Shown here in pieces: positions 1-11,989 of a stretch of DNA of 64,000 nucleotides; position 1 is the first letter of the stretch, and each line of letters starts with the position of its first letter. The DNA is taken from the NCBI RefSeq assembly GCF_963921235.1, contig NC_086097.1, forward strand, positions 118,732,001 to 118,796,000. The letters run 5' to 3'. The notes under the pieces were generated by a model. It saw only the letters and a program-made list of their open reading frames with translations, ran no database searches and had not been told where the DNA came from. Position numbers and translations under genes: made by a program. The stretch comes from Mobula hypostoma. Its lineage: Eukaryota.

Positions 1-1345
1 ATGCAAAATAATAATAATTATATTCCATGAGGGGTTTTCTCTCCCCCATTGGACATAACCCCAGCAGGTGGATTGGGGAAACCCCAGCAGATATGCAGGG
101 CAGGTGAGAAATATAATATACACAAGGACCAAAACAGAAGCAAAGCCAGGCACGTCTGTACCCAGATTGGGTGTTCCAGAATTTGGGGCAGCTGAAACCA
201 AAACCTGGCAATAGGCATGAAAAGCAATACCCCTTCACTTTAGAAATGGAGAGGTGTCTGTGGAATAGAGTGATACAGCTGCTGCCTGGGGATCGGCAGG
301 ACAGGCCTGGAGCAAGCACTGGGCATGACAGTAAGCAGACTGCTGGTGGTACATTGCTGAATAGGTGGGTAGGTACCAGGAAATCAAAAAAAAGATACAG
401 CCAGCATTCAAAGTAGCCCATTAAGACCACAGGCTGTGACTGCTGCAGGTGTTTCTCAGGGGAGCAGTCCACCTGTGACCACTCAAGAAGTTAAGAGAAG
501 AAAGACATGGTGAAAAAGGTCATTAGAGGTAAGCACATTCATAGTATGTGTATATTATTGAGTAACAGAGCTTGAAATTAACATAACAGTATACAGGGAC
601 AAACTTCAACAGTTTATAGTACAATATCCCTTCATGCAAATCAATGCACAACAAATAGCAGATTGGTGTAAAGTGATAATAAAACAAAAATAACTTAATC
701 CCTGTAGACTTGTTAAGCCAAATAACATATGAAGTTGCACAAGAGAAAGAAACCAACCGAAAGACCATAACAATATGATACAAGAAAATTATGAGGATAC
801 AACCACTGAAGCACTGATGAAAATACAATTATTTCATTTGCTTCACAACTGAACATTAACAGCAACAACACAGATCCAGAGACTCTTCAGAATACTGATG
901 ACGAAGCTGAGCATACAGACAAAATTATCCTGACATTTAATTTCACACTAACAGAATACACGCACACTGATTCAACAAAAGACCTTACAAATCAAAACAA
1001 AACATGTCATCAAAGTTTGCAGGTAATTTTATTGCTCTCAGCAATATTATGTTACCAAAATATTTAGGAAAACTTGAAATATTTGAAGAACTACATACAA
1101 TAACACACCGCATGGTATTAACAGCGGTGCAGTGTAATGGCTCCAAAATAGAGGAATTCACTAATAGAAATCCAAATCTCTTGCAACGGTGTTGAGGCCG
1201 GACCCAAGAGCAAGTTACAGACACGTAAGTAGCATTAACAGAAGTGTGTTTATTAATAGTTAACAGGAAAGCCGGGGAGCAAGGATAGAATGCTTACACG
1301 GATGAGGATGAGGGACAACAACAGGAGGAGCTCGGACACGGAGCC

Positions 1346-1490
1346 TGGACCTGGACTTGGATGCATACATGGAGCCTGGACTTGGACTCGGACTCGGACT
1401 TGGACACAGAGCCTGGACTTGGACTCGGAGCCAGAGACTGGACTTGGACTTGGACTTGGACCCAAAGCCTGGACTTGAACTTGGACTCTG
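1346..1490. repeat. Degenerate hexamer tandem repeat (GGACTY)n with GAGCCT interruptions
   Basis: Seen directly. Explains the SPSPSP, WTWTRT and DLDSD ORFs in the track. Confidence 0.9.
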
Positions 1491-1500
1491 ACACTGAGAC

Positions 1501-2030
1501 ACAGAATACCCAACTCGGAGTAGCAACAAATGGCCGGAGCTACTCAGCCGGAAATGAGGTGACCAAACCAAACAACAACAGACAATCCATATCTTGACAC
1601 AGAGTAGCTCATGAAGTGGCAAATGGCTGGCAATCTCTTAGCTGGACATAAAGAGACAGAATTCCCACCTTGGAGTAGGGGCAAACAGCCGACCTACTCA
1701 GCTGGAAATGAGACTACTAACCCAACCAATGACAGACAATACGAATCTTGACATGGAGTAGCTCATGAAGCAGCAAACAGCCAGCAATCACTTAGCTGGA
1801 CACGAAGCAACAGAATTCCCAACTCTGAGTAGCAGCAAATGGCTGGATCTACTCAGTTGGAAATGAGATGACAAAAAACAAACAATGACAGTGCATTTGT
1901 ATCTTGGCTCAGAGTGGCGGCAATTGGCCAGCAAATCTCAGCCGGACATGAAAACAACAGAATTCGCATCTTGACTCGGAGTAGTGGCAAAATAGCTAGG
2001 AACTCAGCTGGACATGAAAACGACTGAATT
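1501..2030. repeat. Diverged ~155-bp tandem repeat (~3.5 units) with internal sub-repeat
   Basis: Unit start ACAGAATWC recurs at 1501, 1656, 1810 and 1957. Shared motifs include GAGTAG, TACTCAGCTGGAAATGAG and ATCTTGAC. Confidence 0.85.
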
Positions 2031-2704
2031 TACTAAGCAGCCACAGGCACCTAAGTAACTTAGAGTCCATGATTCTCGGTGGCTCCGGGACGAACATAGC
2101 CTTACTGGCTACAGTGACGAACCAGCAGCGAATAGATATATGCCAGAGTTTTTATGTTGGTGGTTCGGTTGAAAATCAGGTGCCCTAATCAAGGAGCCCT
2201 GTAGAACACGGGGAAAAAAGAAATTAACTGAAATGAGGAGTCAACGGACTGGACTGTGACAAAAACTGAGTAATAAAATGAGAACACTGTAATTGCAGAA
2301 GAGATTAAGAAACAAAATTGAAACCTTAAGAGCAGAAATAGACTGCCTAAAGGAATGCAAAAAGGATAACACAAGTAAGAAAGTTAAGAGAAAAGTGAAG
2401 GAAATATAATGTACATAAAGGTATAACCAACTTAACAAAATCATTGTAGAAGCTATAGATACACTTAAACAAAGTCTATTATCTTAGTGCATAATAAACC
2501 AGACTAAATAGAGACATGAAATGTGCCAAACAAAGAAAGCAGAATTATCAGTTCAGGAACAATTAAATTACTAACTGTATAGATAGAATTATGAAAATCA
2601 AACAAGGAATGCTTTCTGTTCACCATTATAACCCAAGCAAAAGATTAAAAATCTTTTTAGAGACTAGCTTTATTTAACACATGTACATTAAAACATCAAA
2701 ATAT

Positions 2705-4113
2705 ACATAGAAACATAGAAAACCTACAGCATAATACAGGCCCTTCAGCCCACAATGCTGTGCCGAACACGTCCTTACTTTAGAAAATACCTAGGGTTAC
2801 CCACAGCGCTTTATTTTTCTAAGCTCCATGTTCCTATCCAGGAGTCTCTTAAAAGACCCTATCGTATCTGCCTCCACCACCATCGCCGGTAGCCCATTCC
2901 ATGTGTTCACTACTCTCTGTGTAAAAAACTCAACCCAGCAATCTCCTCTGTACCTACTTCCAAGCACCTTAAAACTGTGCCCTCTCATGTTAGCCATTTT
3001 AGCACTGGGAAAAAGCCTCTGACTATCGACATGATCAATGCCTCTCATCATCTTTTATACATCTATCAGGTCACCTCTCATCCTCTGTTGCTCCAAGGAA
3101 AAAAGGCTGAGTTCACTCAAGCTATTCTCATAACGCACGGCCCCCCAATCCAGGCAACATCCTCGTAAATCTACTCTGCACCTTTTCTATAGTTTCCACA
3201 TCCTTCCTGCAGTGAGATGACCAGAACTGAGCGCAGTACTCTAAGTGGGGTCTGACCAGGGTCCTATATAGCTGCAACATTACCTCTCGGCTCTTAAACT
3301 CAATCCCACGGTTGATGAAGGCCAATGCACCATACGCCTTCTTAACCACAGAATCAACCCGCACAGCTCCTTTGAGCGTCCTAAGGAATCAGACACCAAA
3401 ATCCTTCTGATCCTCCACACTGCCAATAGTCTTACCATTAATACTATATTCTGCCATCATATTTGACCTACCAAAATGAATCACCACACACTTATCTAGG
3501 TTGAACTGCATCTGCCACTTCTCAGCCCAGTTTCCTTCCTATCAATGTCCCGCTGTAACCTCTGACAGCCCTCCACACTATCTACAACACCCCCAACCTT
3601 TGTGTCATCAGGAAACTCACTAACCCATCTCTCCACTTCCTCATCCAGGTCATTTATAAAAGTCACAAAGAGAAGATGTCCCAAAACAGATCCCTGAGGC
3701 ACACCACTGGTGACCAACCGCCATGCAGAATATGACCCATCTACAACCACTCTTTGCTTTCTGTGGGCAAGCCAGTTCTGGATCCACAAAGTAATGTGCC
3801 CTTGGATCCCATTCCTCCTTACTTTCTCAACAAGTCTTGCATGGGGTACCTTGTCAAATGCCTTGCTGAAATCCATATATACTACATCTACTGCTCTACC
3901 TTCATCAATGTGTTTAGTCAAAAATTTCAGTCAGGCTCAGAAGGCACAACCTGCCTTTGACAAAGTCATGCTGACTATTCCTTATCATATTATGCCTCTC
4001 CAGATGTTCATAAATCCTGCTGCTCAGGATCTTCTCCATCAACTTACCAACCACTGAAGTAAGACTCACTGGTCCATATTTTCCTGTGCTATCTCTACTC
4101 CCTTTCTTGAATA
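2705..4113 (-). mobile_element. CR1 LINE, 5'-truncated (RT and 3' end), inserted into a SINE
   Basis: ORFs 3496-3921 (VDVVYMDFSKAFDKVPH, SGVPQGSVLG, FPDD), 3128-3364 (LVRPHLEYCAQFWS) and 2797-3051. (TTCTATGT)n-type tail at 2705. ATACA occurs at both junctions (2703-2707, 4111-4115). Confidence 0.95.
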
Positions 4114-4365
4114 CAGTGAAATGTGTAATTTGCATCAAATCAATCAATGGCGATTGTGCTGGGTAGGCCACAAGTATTACCACAATTCCAGGGCCAACGT
4201 AGCAAGATAACAGCTATCTAATCCTAACCATTACTGTATGTCTTTTTTGGAATGTGAGGGAAATTGGACAACCTGGGGAAAAACCATGTTGCAGGAATTG
4301 AACTCTGATCTTACAGCTGGCACCATAAAGTTTTGCGCTAACAACAATGCTACTGTGTCACCCCA
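4111..4365 (-). mobile_element. tRNA-derived SINE (V-SINE-like); its 3' part lies at ~2665-2707, split by the CR1
   Basis: GGAATGTGAGGGAAA...GGAATTGAAC...GCGCTAAC is similar to the SINE copies at 20190-20500, 23600-23745 and 40370-40600. Confidence 0.6.
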
Positions 4366-4789
4366 CAAACTTTAGTTTGAGGTTAAAGATACCTTGACTC
4401 ATGCAGTCAGTACTGTCCATGGTGTGATTCTGGCTCATGTTTTGTTTGTTATAAATTGCTCTGGTTAGTACTAGCCTTGGAGGAGAAGAGAGGCTGTCTC
4501 AGAACGTTTGCTTGAAGACTATCGTAACTACCTCTGCATACATACTGCCTATTTTCTCTAGTGGTTAATCACTTTTCTATACTCCCAAAATCTTTTAAAT
4601 CATCCTTTTGCAGAATTTCAGTTGCATTGAAACCACAATACTAATTACTTCTTATTTATAGATAACACACTAGAAAAGATGCAACTAGGTTCAGACAAAG
4701 TTTTTATTCTAACAGATGGTCAGGCAACAATCCATTACAACTACAATAAAGCAAAGAAACAATGCAAAGAAGATCTATGAAAATACTGC

Positions 4790-4890
4790 AAGGACTTAAG
4801 TTATAAGGAAAAGTTAGGCAGGCGAGAATTTTGTTCCTTGGAGCGTCAGAGATTTCTGTGTGACCTTATAGAGATCCATAAAATCATGTG
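4790..4890 (+). mobile_element. Short old CR1 ORF2 C-terminal fragment
   Basis: Translates to LSYKEKLGR..FCSLERQR..CDLIEIHKIM. Confidence 0.65.
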
Positions 4891-5776
4891 GAAACGCCTT
4901 CATGACTGAGGTAAATATCATTTTGACTGAAACTAGCCAAGGACTGGATGGATGTTAACTGGTAGGAGTCAGTGGGAAGATATTTATCAATCAGGCACTG
5001 ACATACTTATAAGGAAGTTCCATAACTAGAGATATAACTCCCTCACATCATGAGATGTGATTTAATGAACTCAAGCAAAGAGCAAAGGTAAGAATAGTGG
5101 CTGGAAGCTGCTATCAATGTAGCTTTGTACAGTTCAGAAAACAGAACCATGGTTACCCTGAAAGCACTTCCACAAATCTAAAGTTATCAGACTGTACTGT
5201 AAAATGATCTGCAGTGACATTGAAATGTTGAAGAATTCAATTAAATGCATACAGCATCCTGCAAAGCGTACATGCTCATTGAAGCCTGCTTATTTTGGTG
5301 GGAGTTTCATAAAAGCAGTGATGAGAATTCACGAATACTTGTCAAATTCAACAGTCTGTGACTGATAATAACACGTTTTCCATTGTCATGCAAGGAAAGT
5401 TCACTCAGAATTACCAAGGAGGGTAATCAGGAAGCAAGTTCTCATACAAAGTGCAGTAAAATTTGGACTTCCCTTTTGTAGGAGGGTTGAAGCATTCAAA
5501 CCTATCTTGAGTTGTTTTTTTCTACTTAAGGTTGGCGTTGGATAATAAAAATGAGTTATGTAAATGTTATGCCTTTAACATAAAACAATGTGGATCAGGC
5601 ATGAGGGCATTTAACTCCAGTTTCAAGAGCTGAATCTTCACCCACAAAATTAGATGTATTGGGATTCGTTCAGAGTCTAATATTCTATGGAACTCAGACA
5701 AAAACCCAAGATAGCTTCAATCCAACCACATTTAGGGTGTATAGAAGATGACCAATATGCTTGTAATTGCAATTTA

Positions 5777-6295
5777 CTCAGGCAAGTCAGGCAGCATCCA
5801 TGAAGGGGAATTAATAACCAATATTACAGGCCAAAACCCTTCATCAGGTCTAGCAAGGAAGAGGGGAGAAGACAAACTAAGAAGGTGAAGGGGGGGCGGA
5901 AAAAGTAGAAGCTTTCAGGTGATGGGTGAGATCATTTGAGGAGGAAAACAGGTGGGAAGGGAAGGGAAGGAATATGAAGTAAGAATCTGGGAGGTGATAG
6001 GTGGAAGAGGAAAATGGCTGAAGAAGAAGGAGTCTAATAGGAGAGGAAAGTGGACCATGGGAGCAAAAGGGAACGTAGACAAGAACCAGCAGGTGGTGTT
6101 GAACAGGTGCAAAGAAATGAAGGGATAAGAGGACAGAGGAGCCAGAATGACAAATAGAAAAAGAGAGAAAGGGGAGGGGATAAAATACCAGAAGTTAGAG
6201 AAATCAATATGCATGTCATCAGGCTTTAGGCTACCCAGTTGGGATATACGGTGTTGTTCCTCCAACCTGAGAGTGGCCTCATTGTGGCAGTAAGG
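5777..6295 (-). mobile_element. Penelope-like element 3' end (end of GIY-YIG domain, pyrimidine-rich spacer, terminal segment with decayed hammerhead)
   Basis: ORF 5915-6328 contains HNEATLRLEEQH..LGSLKPDDMHIDFSNF, homologous to the GIY-YIG ORF at 52064-52369. Confidence 0.85.
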
Positions 6296-6704
6296 AGAAA
6301 AAATATACCATTCATCAGCAGAAGCCAAATGTGCATTGTAGCCTGCCTATAAAATTCATTCCACTGCAGAATAACTTTCAAAATTCTGGCCCATTGTGTT
6401 GATGTTACTGTTTAATGAATCCTGTGTAATTGATTGTGGATATCTTTGTTATTTTGCAAACCAAAAAAAGAGAGAAAGAGCTACATTCAGAATCTTCAAT
6501 ATTTTGCACTGCTGAAAGAAATGGGGTCATGCCTGGTAAGGAGGCATACACTGCAGAGTTGACCTGGGGAGTCCAGAGACTTTGTCCTAGCATTGCACAA
6601 TGTGGGACAAACTTGCAGCTAATTCAGTTACACTCTTAATGAAACACCACAGACTTCTACTCTTTCCACCCTGTTCTGATAGTTACACACTCTGTGTAAT
6701 GTGT

Positions 6705-6885
6705 AAGCAAAAATGTTGCTGGAGGAACTCATTCAGTCAGGTGGCACATGTGGAAGGAAATGAACGGTTGACCTTTGGGTCAAATGTATTTATCTGGGTT
6801 AGTCTATTTCCCTCCACAGAGATGCTGCCTGTCCCACTGAGTTCCATCAGCAGTTTGTTTCTTTGCTCCATATTCCCGTCTGTTG
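6705..6885. mobile_element. Fold-back pair of Penelope terminal segments
   Basis: TGCTGGAGGAACTCA...TGTGGAAGGAAAT is followed by its approximate reverse complement ATTTCCCTCCACAG...TGAGTTCCATCAGCA. Confidence 0.75.
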
Positions 6886-7897
6886 TAGCTCTAATATAGT
6901 CTATAAAACTCTATGTTTCTGTCAATAGACATTCGGGCCTTTAAGCAAGCTGTAGAGCATTGAGCGCTGAGGTTTTTTAGAACACCTGTATTTGTTTATT
7001 GTTGTATTAACTAGAGTCATTAAGCCCTTGAGCTTTCTATTTAATCTTTTCAAGTTTATTTTGACTGGCACGGGTTTTTCACGTACTGTGATTATTTAAA
7101 GTGGACTGCCGATTAGCACATATTGCAGGATAGTTGTTTTGAGAATGTTTCATCTCACAGTATCGCTCGGTCGAGCTACCAATTTTCTTCTGGGATTCCT
7201 ATGCATAAACTATTGTTTCCTTCTCTACAGAGGAGTATGTCGTTCCTCCACACCCGGGTTTAGTCATTGCCAGCGCACACCATGACAATTTCACATTGAA
7301 TGTATAAGCTTCCAAATTAAGCCTGGATCCTTTACATGAGAAGCCAACATGCTCTCAGTGGCCTCATTATTAGGTACCCCCTGTATCTAATAAAATGTCT
7401 ACTGTGTGTATTTTCATGGTCTTCTGCTGCTCTAGCACATCCAATTTAAGGTTCATCGTGATATGCGTTCAAAGATGATCCTCTGTGCACCACTGTTGCA
7501 ACACTGTCACGTGATTAGCTGATAGACACTTGAGTTACTGTTGCCTTGCAGTAAGCTTGAACCAGTCTGGCTATTCTACTCTGACCTCTCCCATTAAGAA
7601 GGCATCTGTGCCCACAGAACTGCCACTCTAGATCATTTTTTTGATTTTTTTTTTGCACTATTCTCTGTAAACTCTATCCGTAAGAGATTGTGATTTAAAA
7701 AATAACCACTGGCTTTTGAACTTCATGTAACGTGTGATGCTAGCATGCGCAGTTGTGGGCAATGACCAAGCAGCTCCACTAACTATCTCATTGGAGGTCT
7801 CTCAGCCAGTGTGGCAGTGTGCGGTAGGACTGTGTTTATATGCCTGAGCCCATTCTCAGTTTCTGATGTGAGATAGAGAAGGCTGTTGATAACTGGT

Positions 7898-8445
7898 GAA
7901 TGCTGTATTACACAGAGGGGAGGACGGTAGGCTGGTAATTGTTGAATGCTGTACTGCACGATGGGGAGTATGGTAGGTTGATAATCGGTGAGCACTCTAT
8001 TGCACGGTGGGGAGGATGGTAGGTTGATAATCAGTGAGCACTCTATTGCACGGTGGGGAGGATGGTAGGTTGATAATCGGTGAGCACTCTATTGCACGGT
8101 GGGGAGGATGGTAGGTTGATAATCGGTGTGCACTCTATTGCACGGTGGGGAGGATGGTAGGTTGATAATCGGTGAGAACTCTATTGCACGGTGGGGAGGA
8201 TGGCAGGTTGATAATCGGTGAGCACTCTATTGCACGGTGGGGAGGATGGTAGGTTGATAATCGGTGAGCACTCTATTGCACGGTGAGGAGGATGGTAGGT
8301 TGATAATCGGTGAGCACTCTATTGCACGGTGGGGAGGATGGTAGGTTGATAATCGGTGAGCACTCTATTGCACGATGGGGAGGATGGTAGGTTGATAATC
8401 GGTAAACACTGTATTTCATGGAGAGGAGGACAGTAGGCTGTTGAA
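7898..8445. repeat. 46-bp minisatellite, ~9 near-identical plus ~3 degenerate units
   Basis: Unit GAGCACTCTATTGCACGGTGGGGAGGATGGTAGGTTGATAATCGGT starts at 7990, 8036, 8082 ... 8358. Confidence 0.97.
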
Positions 8446-8451
8446 GAGTAT

Positions 8452-9168
8452 TACTCTCCTTTACTCCCTGTATACCCATGACTGCATCACCACATACAGC
8501 TCCAATCTGCTAATTAAATTTGCCAATGACACTACATTGATTGGTCTTACCTCAAACAATAATGAGGTGGCCTACAGGGAAGAAGTCAGCTGTGTGGTGT
8601 AAAAGGCAAAATAGCGCCTCTTTCATCTCAGACAGTTGAAGAAGTTTGGTATAGGCCCCCGAATCCTAAGAACTTTCTATAGGGACACAATTGAGAGCAT
8701 CCTGACTGGCTGCATCACTGCCTGGCATAGGAACTGTACCTCCCTTAATCGCAGGACTCTACAGAGAGTGGTACGGACAGCCCAGCGCATCTGCAGTTGT
8801 GAACTTCCCATGATTCAGGACATTTACTATGACAGGTGTGTAAAAAGGGCCCGTAATACCATTGGGGACCCAAGCCATCTCAGCCACAATCTATTCCAGC
8901 TGCTACCATCTGGGAATGGTACCGCAGCATAAAAGTCAGGAACAACAGCTCCGGGAGAACTTCTATCACTAGTCTGATGAACTCACGCTGAATTGAGTGT
9001 ACTCTATATTACATTGACTGTTCTATTTATTATAAATTATTATTAATTACTATGATTGCTCATTGCACATTTAGGTAGAGACATAACGTAAAGATTTTTA
9101 TTCCTCACGTTTGTGAAGGACGTAAGAAATAAAGTCAATTCAATTCAATTCAATTCAAATTCAATTCA
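8452..9168 (+). mobile_element. Rex1/Babar-type LINE, 3' fragment with internal deletion
   Basis: LLYSLYTHDC..SSNLLIKFANDTTLIG, then ORF 8636-8932 (FYRDTIESILTGCITAW). Ends AATAAAG(TCAAT)n. Confidence 0.85.
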
Positions 9169-9305
9169 GTATGACGTGTAGAAGTGCTGATTATTTTAAA
9201 TGACTATTGGGATCTCAAAATAAACAGATTAAAGCTTTTGAAAATAAAGTCACAGTCAGTAAAAAATTTGCAGGATGCAAGTTATTCAGTAGCTTTAAGA
9301 CTAAC

Positions 9306-9933
9306 TTTTTTTTTAGATTATGAAGACATGTAGTCCCCTTTTATTGTCATTTAGTAATGCATGCATTAAGAAATGATACATCATTTCCTCCAGTGTGATA
9401 TCACAAAACACAGGACAAACCAAGATTGAAAAAACTGGCAAAACCACATAATTATACATATAGTTACAAACAGTGTAACAATACCATAACTTGATGAAGA
9501 AAGTCCATGAGCACAGTAAAGTTCAAAGTTTCTCAAATGTCCCACATCTCTCGCAGACGGGAGAAGGAAGAAAAACTCTCCCTGCCATGCCGACCACAAT
9601 CCGACTCTGAGTCATCCGAAAACTTCGAGCTCTGATCAGCTCTCTGACACCGAGTACTGAGCGGCATTTCTGCTGAACGATTTGACCTCCTTCTCGGTCG
9701 CCAAAATCAGGCAAGGCCGGAGATTTTGAGGCCTACCCTCCAAAAGATTCCCGACCACACAGTAACGACAGCAGCGGACGAGCATTTCAGAAATTTCTCC
9801 AGTTGTTCCTCTGTGATTTCACGTCCATTCTCCATCAAATCAGAATTGTCCACGGCCCCTATTTAACAGATATGACATTATTTTTCACCGAAGAGCTGCG
9901 CAGCATGGCGCACTGCCATCTTCTCCTCCCGCC
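9306..9933 (-). mobile_element. ~630-bp non-autonomous poly(A)-tailed retroelement, same family as 39214-39890
   Basis: Reverse strand starts GGCGGGAGGAGAAGATGGC and ends in an A-tail. Colinear with 39214-39890. Confidence 0.85.
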
Positions 9934-11989
9934 ACTTACTTGAGAATGTTTAAAAAACGTGAAAACCTGGACAAATAGCACACCAATCTTCTGCTACATC
10001 CAGAAATTCAGGGCTTAGCAGAGAAAAGGTTCTCTATAGGGTGCTTGACCTGAAAGGAGAATTGCAGGAGTACTTCCAAAAAAATAGTAGGCCAGATTTT
10101 GCTAAGTGCTTTGAAGATGAGGAAGGTCTACAGAAACTAGCCTACTTAATGGACAGTTTTCATCATATGAACCAGTTCAACAAGTCTCTGCAAGGCCCTG
10201 GAGAAAATGCTTTGACTTCAAGTGACAAGAATCTTGGATTTAAAGGGAAATGAATCTTTGGAAAAATCATGCTGCAAAAGGAAATCTTGAAATGTTTCCA
10301 CTGCTGTTTTGGCTTCGGAATAAGAAGGGATTTCAGATGTCTTGAATCTTATTGAAAACCATTTGGAAGAAATGCAGTACCAAATTCGACAGTAATTTTC
10401 CTCTCTTTCAACACAAATATATGACTGGGTGACGGACCCTATCTCTGAATCTTCTGCTCAGTCTGAGAACTTGACTTTGAGAGGAGAGGAAGAACTTTGA
10501 GAGCTGCAGTCTGATCATGCACTCAAGATGAGATTTACTTACATGTCCCTGAACAAGTTCTGGATTCACAGGAATTCTATTCATAGGAATGCATGTCAGT
10601 TTGTTACAGTTTTCAACTTCTTACATGTGTGAGCAAGCTTTTTCTTGTCAAACAAGCATCAAGAGCATGGATAGAAATTGTCTTATTTTAATTGAAGGTG
10701 AAATCCCCGTGTGCTTATCTCAAGTTCGACTCAAAATTGAGAAGTTCATTATGTTTGTCTTATGAGTTTTAAAAATTTATGAAAGAGAAAGAAAGAGATT
10801 AATTTCAAGAAAGGTAAGCTAAGCTTAACTATCATTTTATTTTCAAGAAAAGTTGACTAAAAATTTAATCGCTACCCAAAAGAGCATTGAAAATTAATTT
10901 TGGATTATGATTTCTACAATTTACTGATCATGCTAACATACCATGAGTTGTAGATATAATAATTTTTATGCAGAGGTTCTCTGAGGCCTGAAAATGATTT
11001 CAATGGTTCCTCCAGGGCAAAAAGGTTGAGAAAGGTGCTCTACAGACTGTTGTGTGTGAAAATTTAGGAGATCAATAGTTTTTGAGTTGCCACTGAGATG
11101 CTGCCCCATCTGGCACTAACAATCGTTCCACAATCAAAGTCACTTAAATCACATTCTTTCCCCATTCTGATGTTTGGTCTGAACAACAACTGAACCTCTT
11201 GATCATGTCTGCATGTTTTTATGCATTGAGTAGCTGCCACATGATTGGCTGATCCGATATTTGAATAAATAAGCAGTTGTACAGTTGTACCTAATAAAGT
11301 GCCTACGGAGTGTACATCACCATAAGCGTTATCATAAGATCAAAAGCACCTTGCAAATGCAAACAGACATTCTATGCTATTCATAGATAGTAATGAACTA
11401 AGTTAAAATTACAATTACAAGGAGCTAGTATTTTCAAAATGATGCATATTGTTCACCAATACAGCTATATTGCCTCGAACCGCATGAATGGGTGAGTAAT
11501 AACCAGCACTATCATTTATTTTTATTTTGCTGATTAAAATCACATCACTCAGTTTTTTTTATTGCCTGCAGCCAAATTGCCCACTTTTATTTATACGGGT
11601 GGTGCATGAATGAAAAGGCCAAACAAGGTTTAAAATAATGTTGATCTCACAATCCTATTTCTTCCTTAACAAGCAAAATTCATCCGCCACTCAAATTAAT
11701 GCATAACTGACTGAACAAGCTCTAATGATGTATGATTTTGCTAGTTTGATTTTCATGAATATGGTTTTGTTAGTGGTAGAAATCAATGCTTAACATCTGA
11801 AACGCACCTGATGAGGAATGTGTCATCACAGTGGAAAAAAGCTACAGATCGTGTTTGGTTTTGTAGGGTAAAATCATGCACAAATGCTGTGTGCTCTACA
11901 TATTAATCTATTCAATGCTCATATCCTGCTACTGAGGAGCTAAGTTCAAAGGACAGGTTGATGATATGAGGATGAATATAAATGCACAA

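Larger units (their letters stand above)
1189..2215 (-). mobile_element. Probable LTR (Gypsy-type) in reverse orientation, containing internal tandem repeats
   Basis: Starts TGTTG...GGACCCAAG...ACACG, followed by TTTATT (reverse AATAAA, ~1249). Near 2150 there is TTTTAT and AATCAGGTG. This layout resembles reversed fish Gypsy LTRs. The far end and TSD are not resolved. Confidence 0.4.
7677..11037 (+). mobile_element. Decayed hAT transposon (Buster/Charlie-type transposase remnant) with nested insertions
   Basis: ORF 10041-10253 (LDLKGELQEYF..LQKLAYLMDSFHHMNQFNKSLQG) and C-terminal FSTSYMCEQAFS..SIKS.DRN at ~10610-10680. The right TIR AAAAGGTTGAGAAAGGTG is followed by CTCTACAG. The left TIR appears deleted. 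Confidence 0.85.
7334..11312. mobile_element. Tc1-derived MITE split into 7334-7676 and 11038-11312 by a hAT insertion
   Basis: TIR-like CTCAGTGGCC..ATTATTAGGTAC on the left and GTACCTAATAAAGTGCC..GAGTG+TA on the right. The two halves join into the sequence seen uninterrupted at 18030-18590. Confidence 0.85.

Noticed and set aside
1253..1622. Ser/Pro-, Trp/Thr- and Asp/Leu-repeat ORFs
   Set aside because: All are translations of the GGACTY hexamer repeat in different frames.
7898..8445. CRISPR-like regular array
   Set aside because: Units are contiguous 46-bp repeats with no unique spacers, no cas genes, and a vertebrate context.
10041..10740. Domesticated Buster-type gene (ZBED8/FAM200-like)
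   Set aside because: Multiple stops and frameshifts, large deletions and a terminal TIR indicate a dead transposon.
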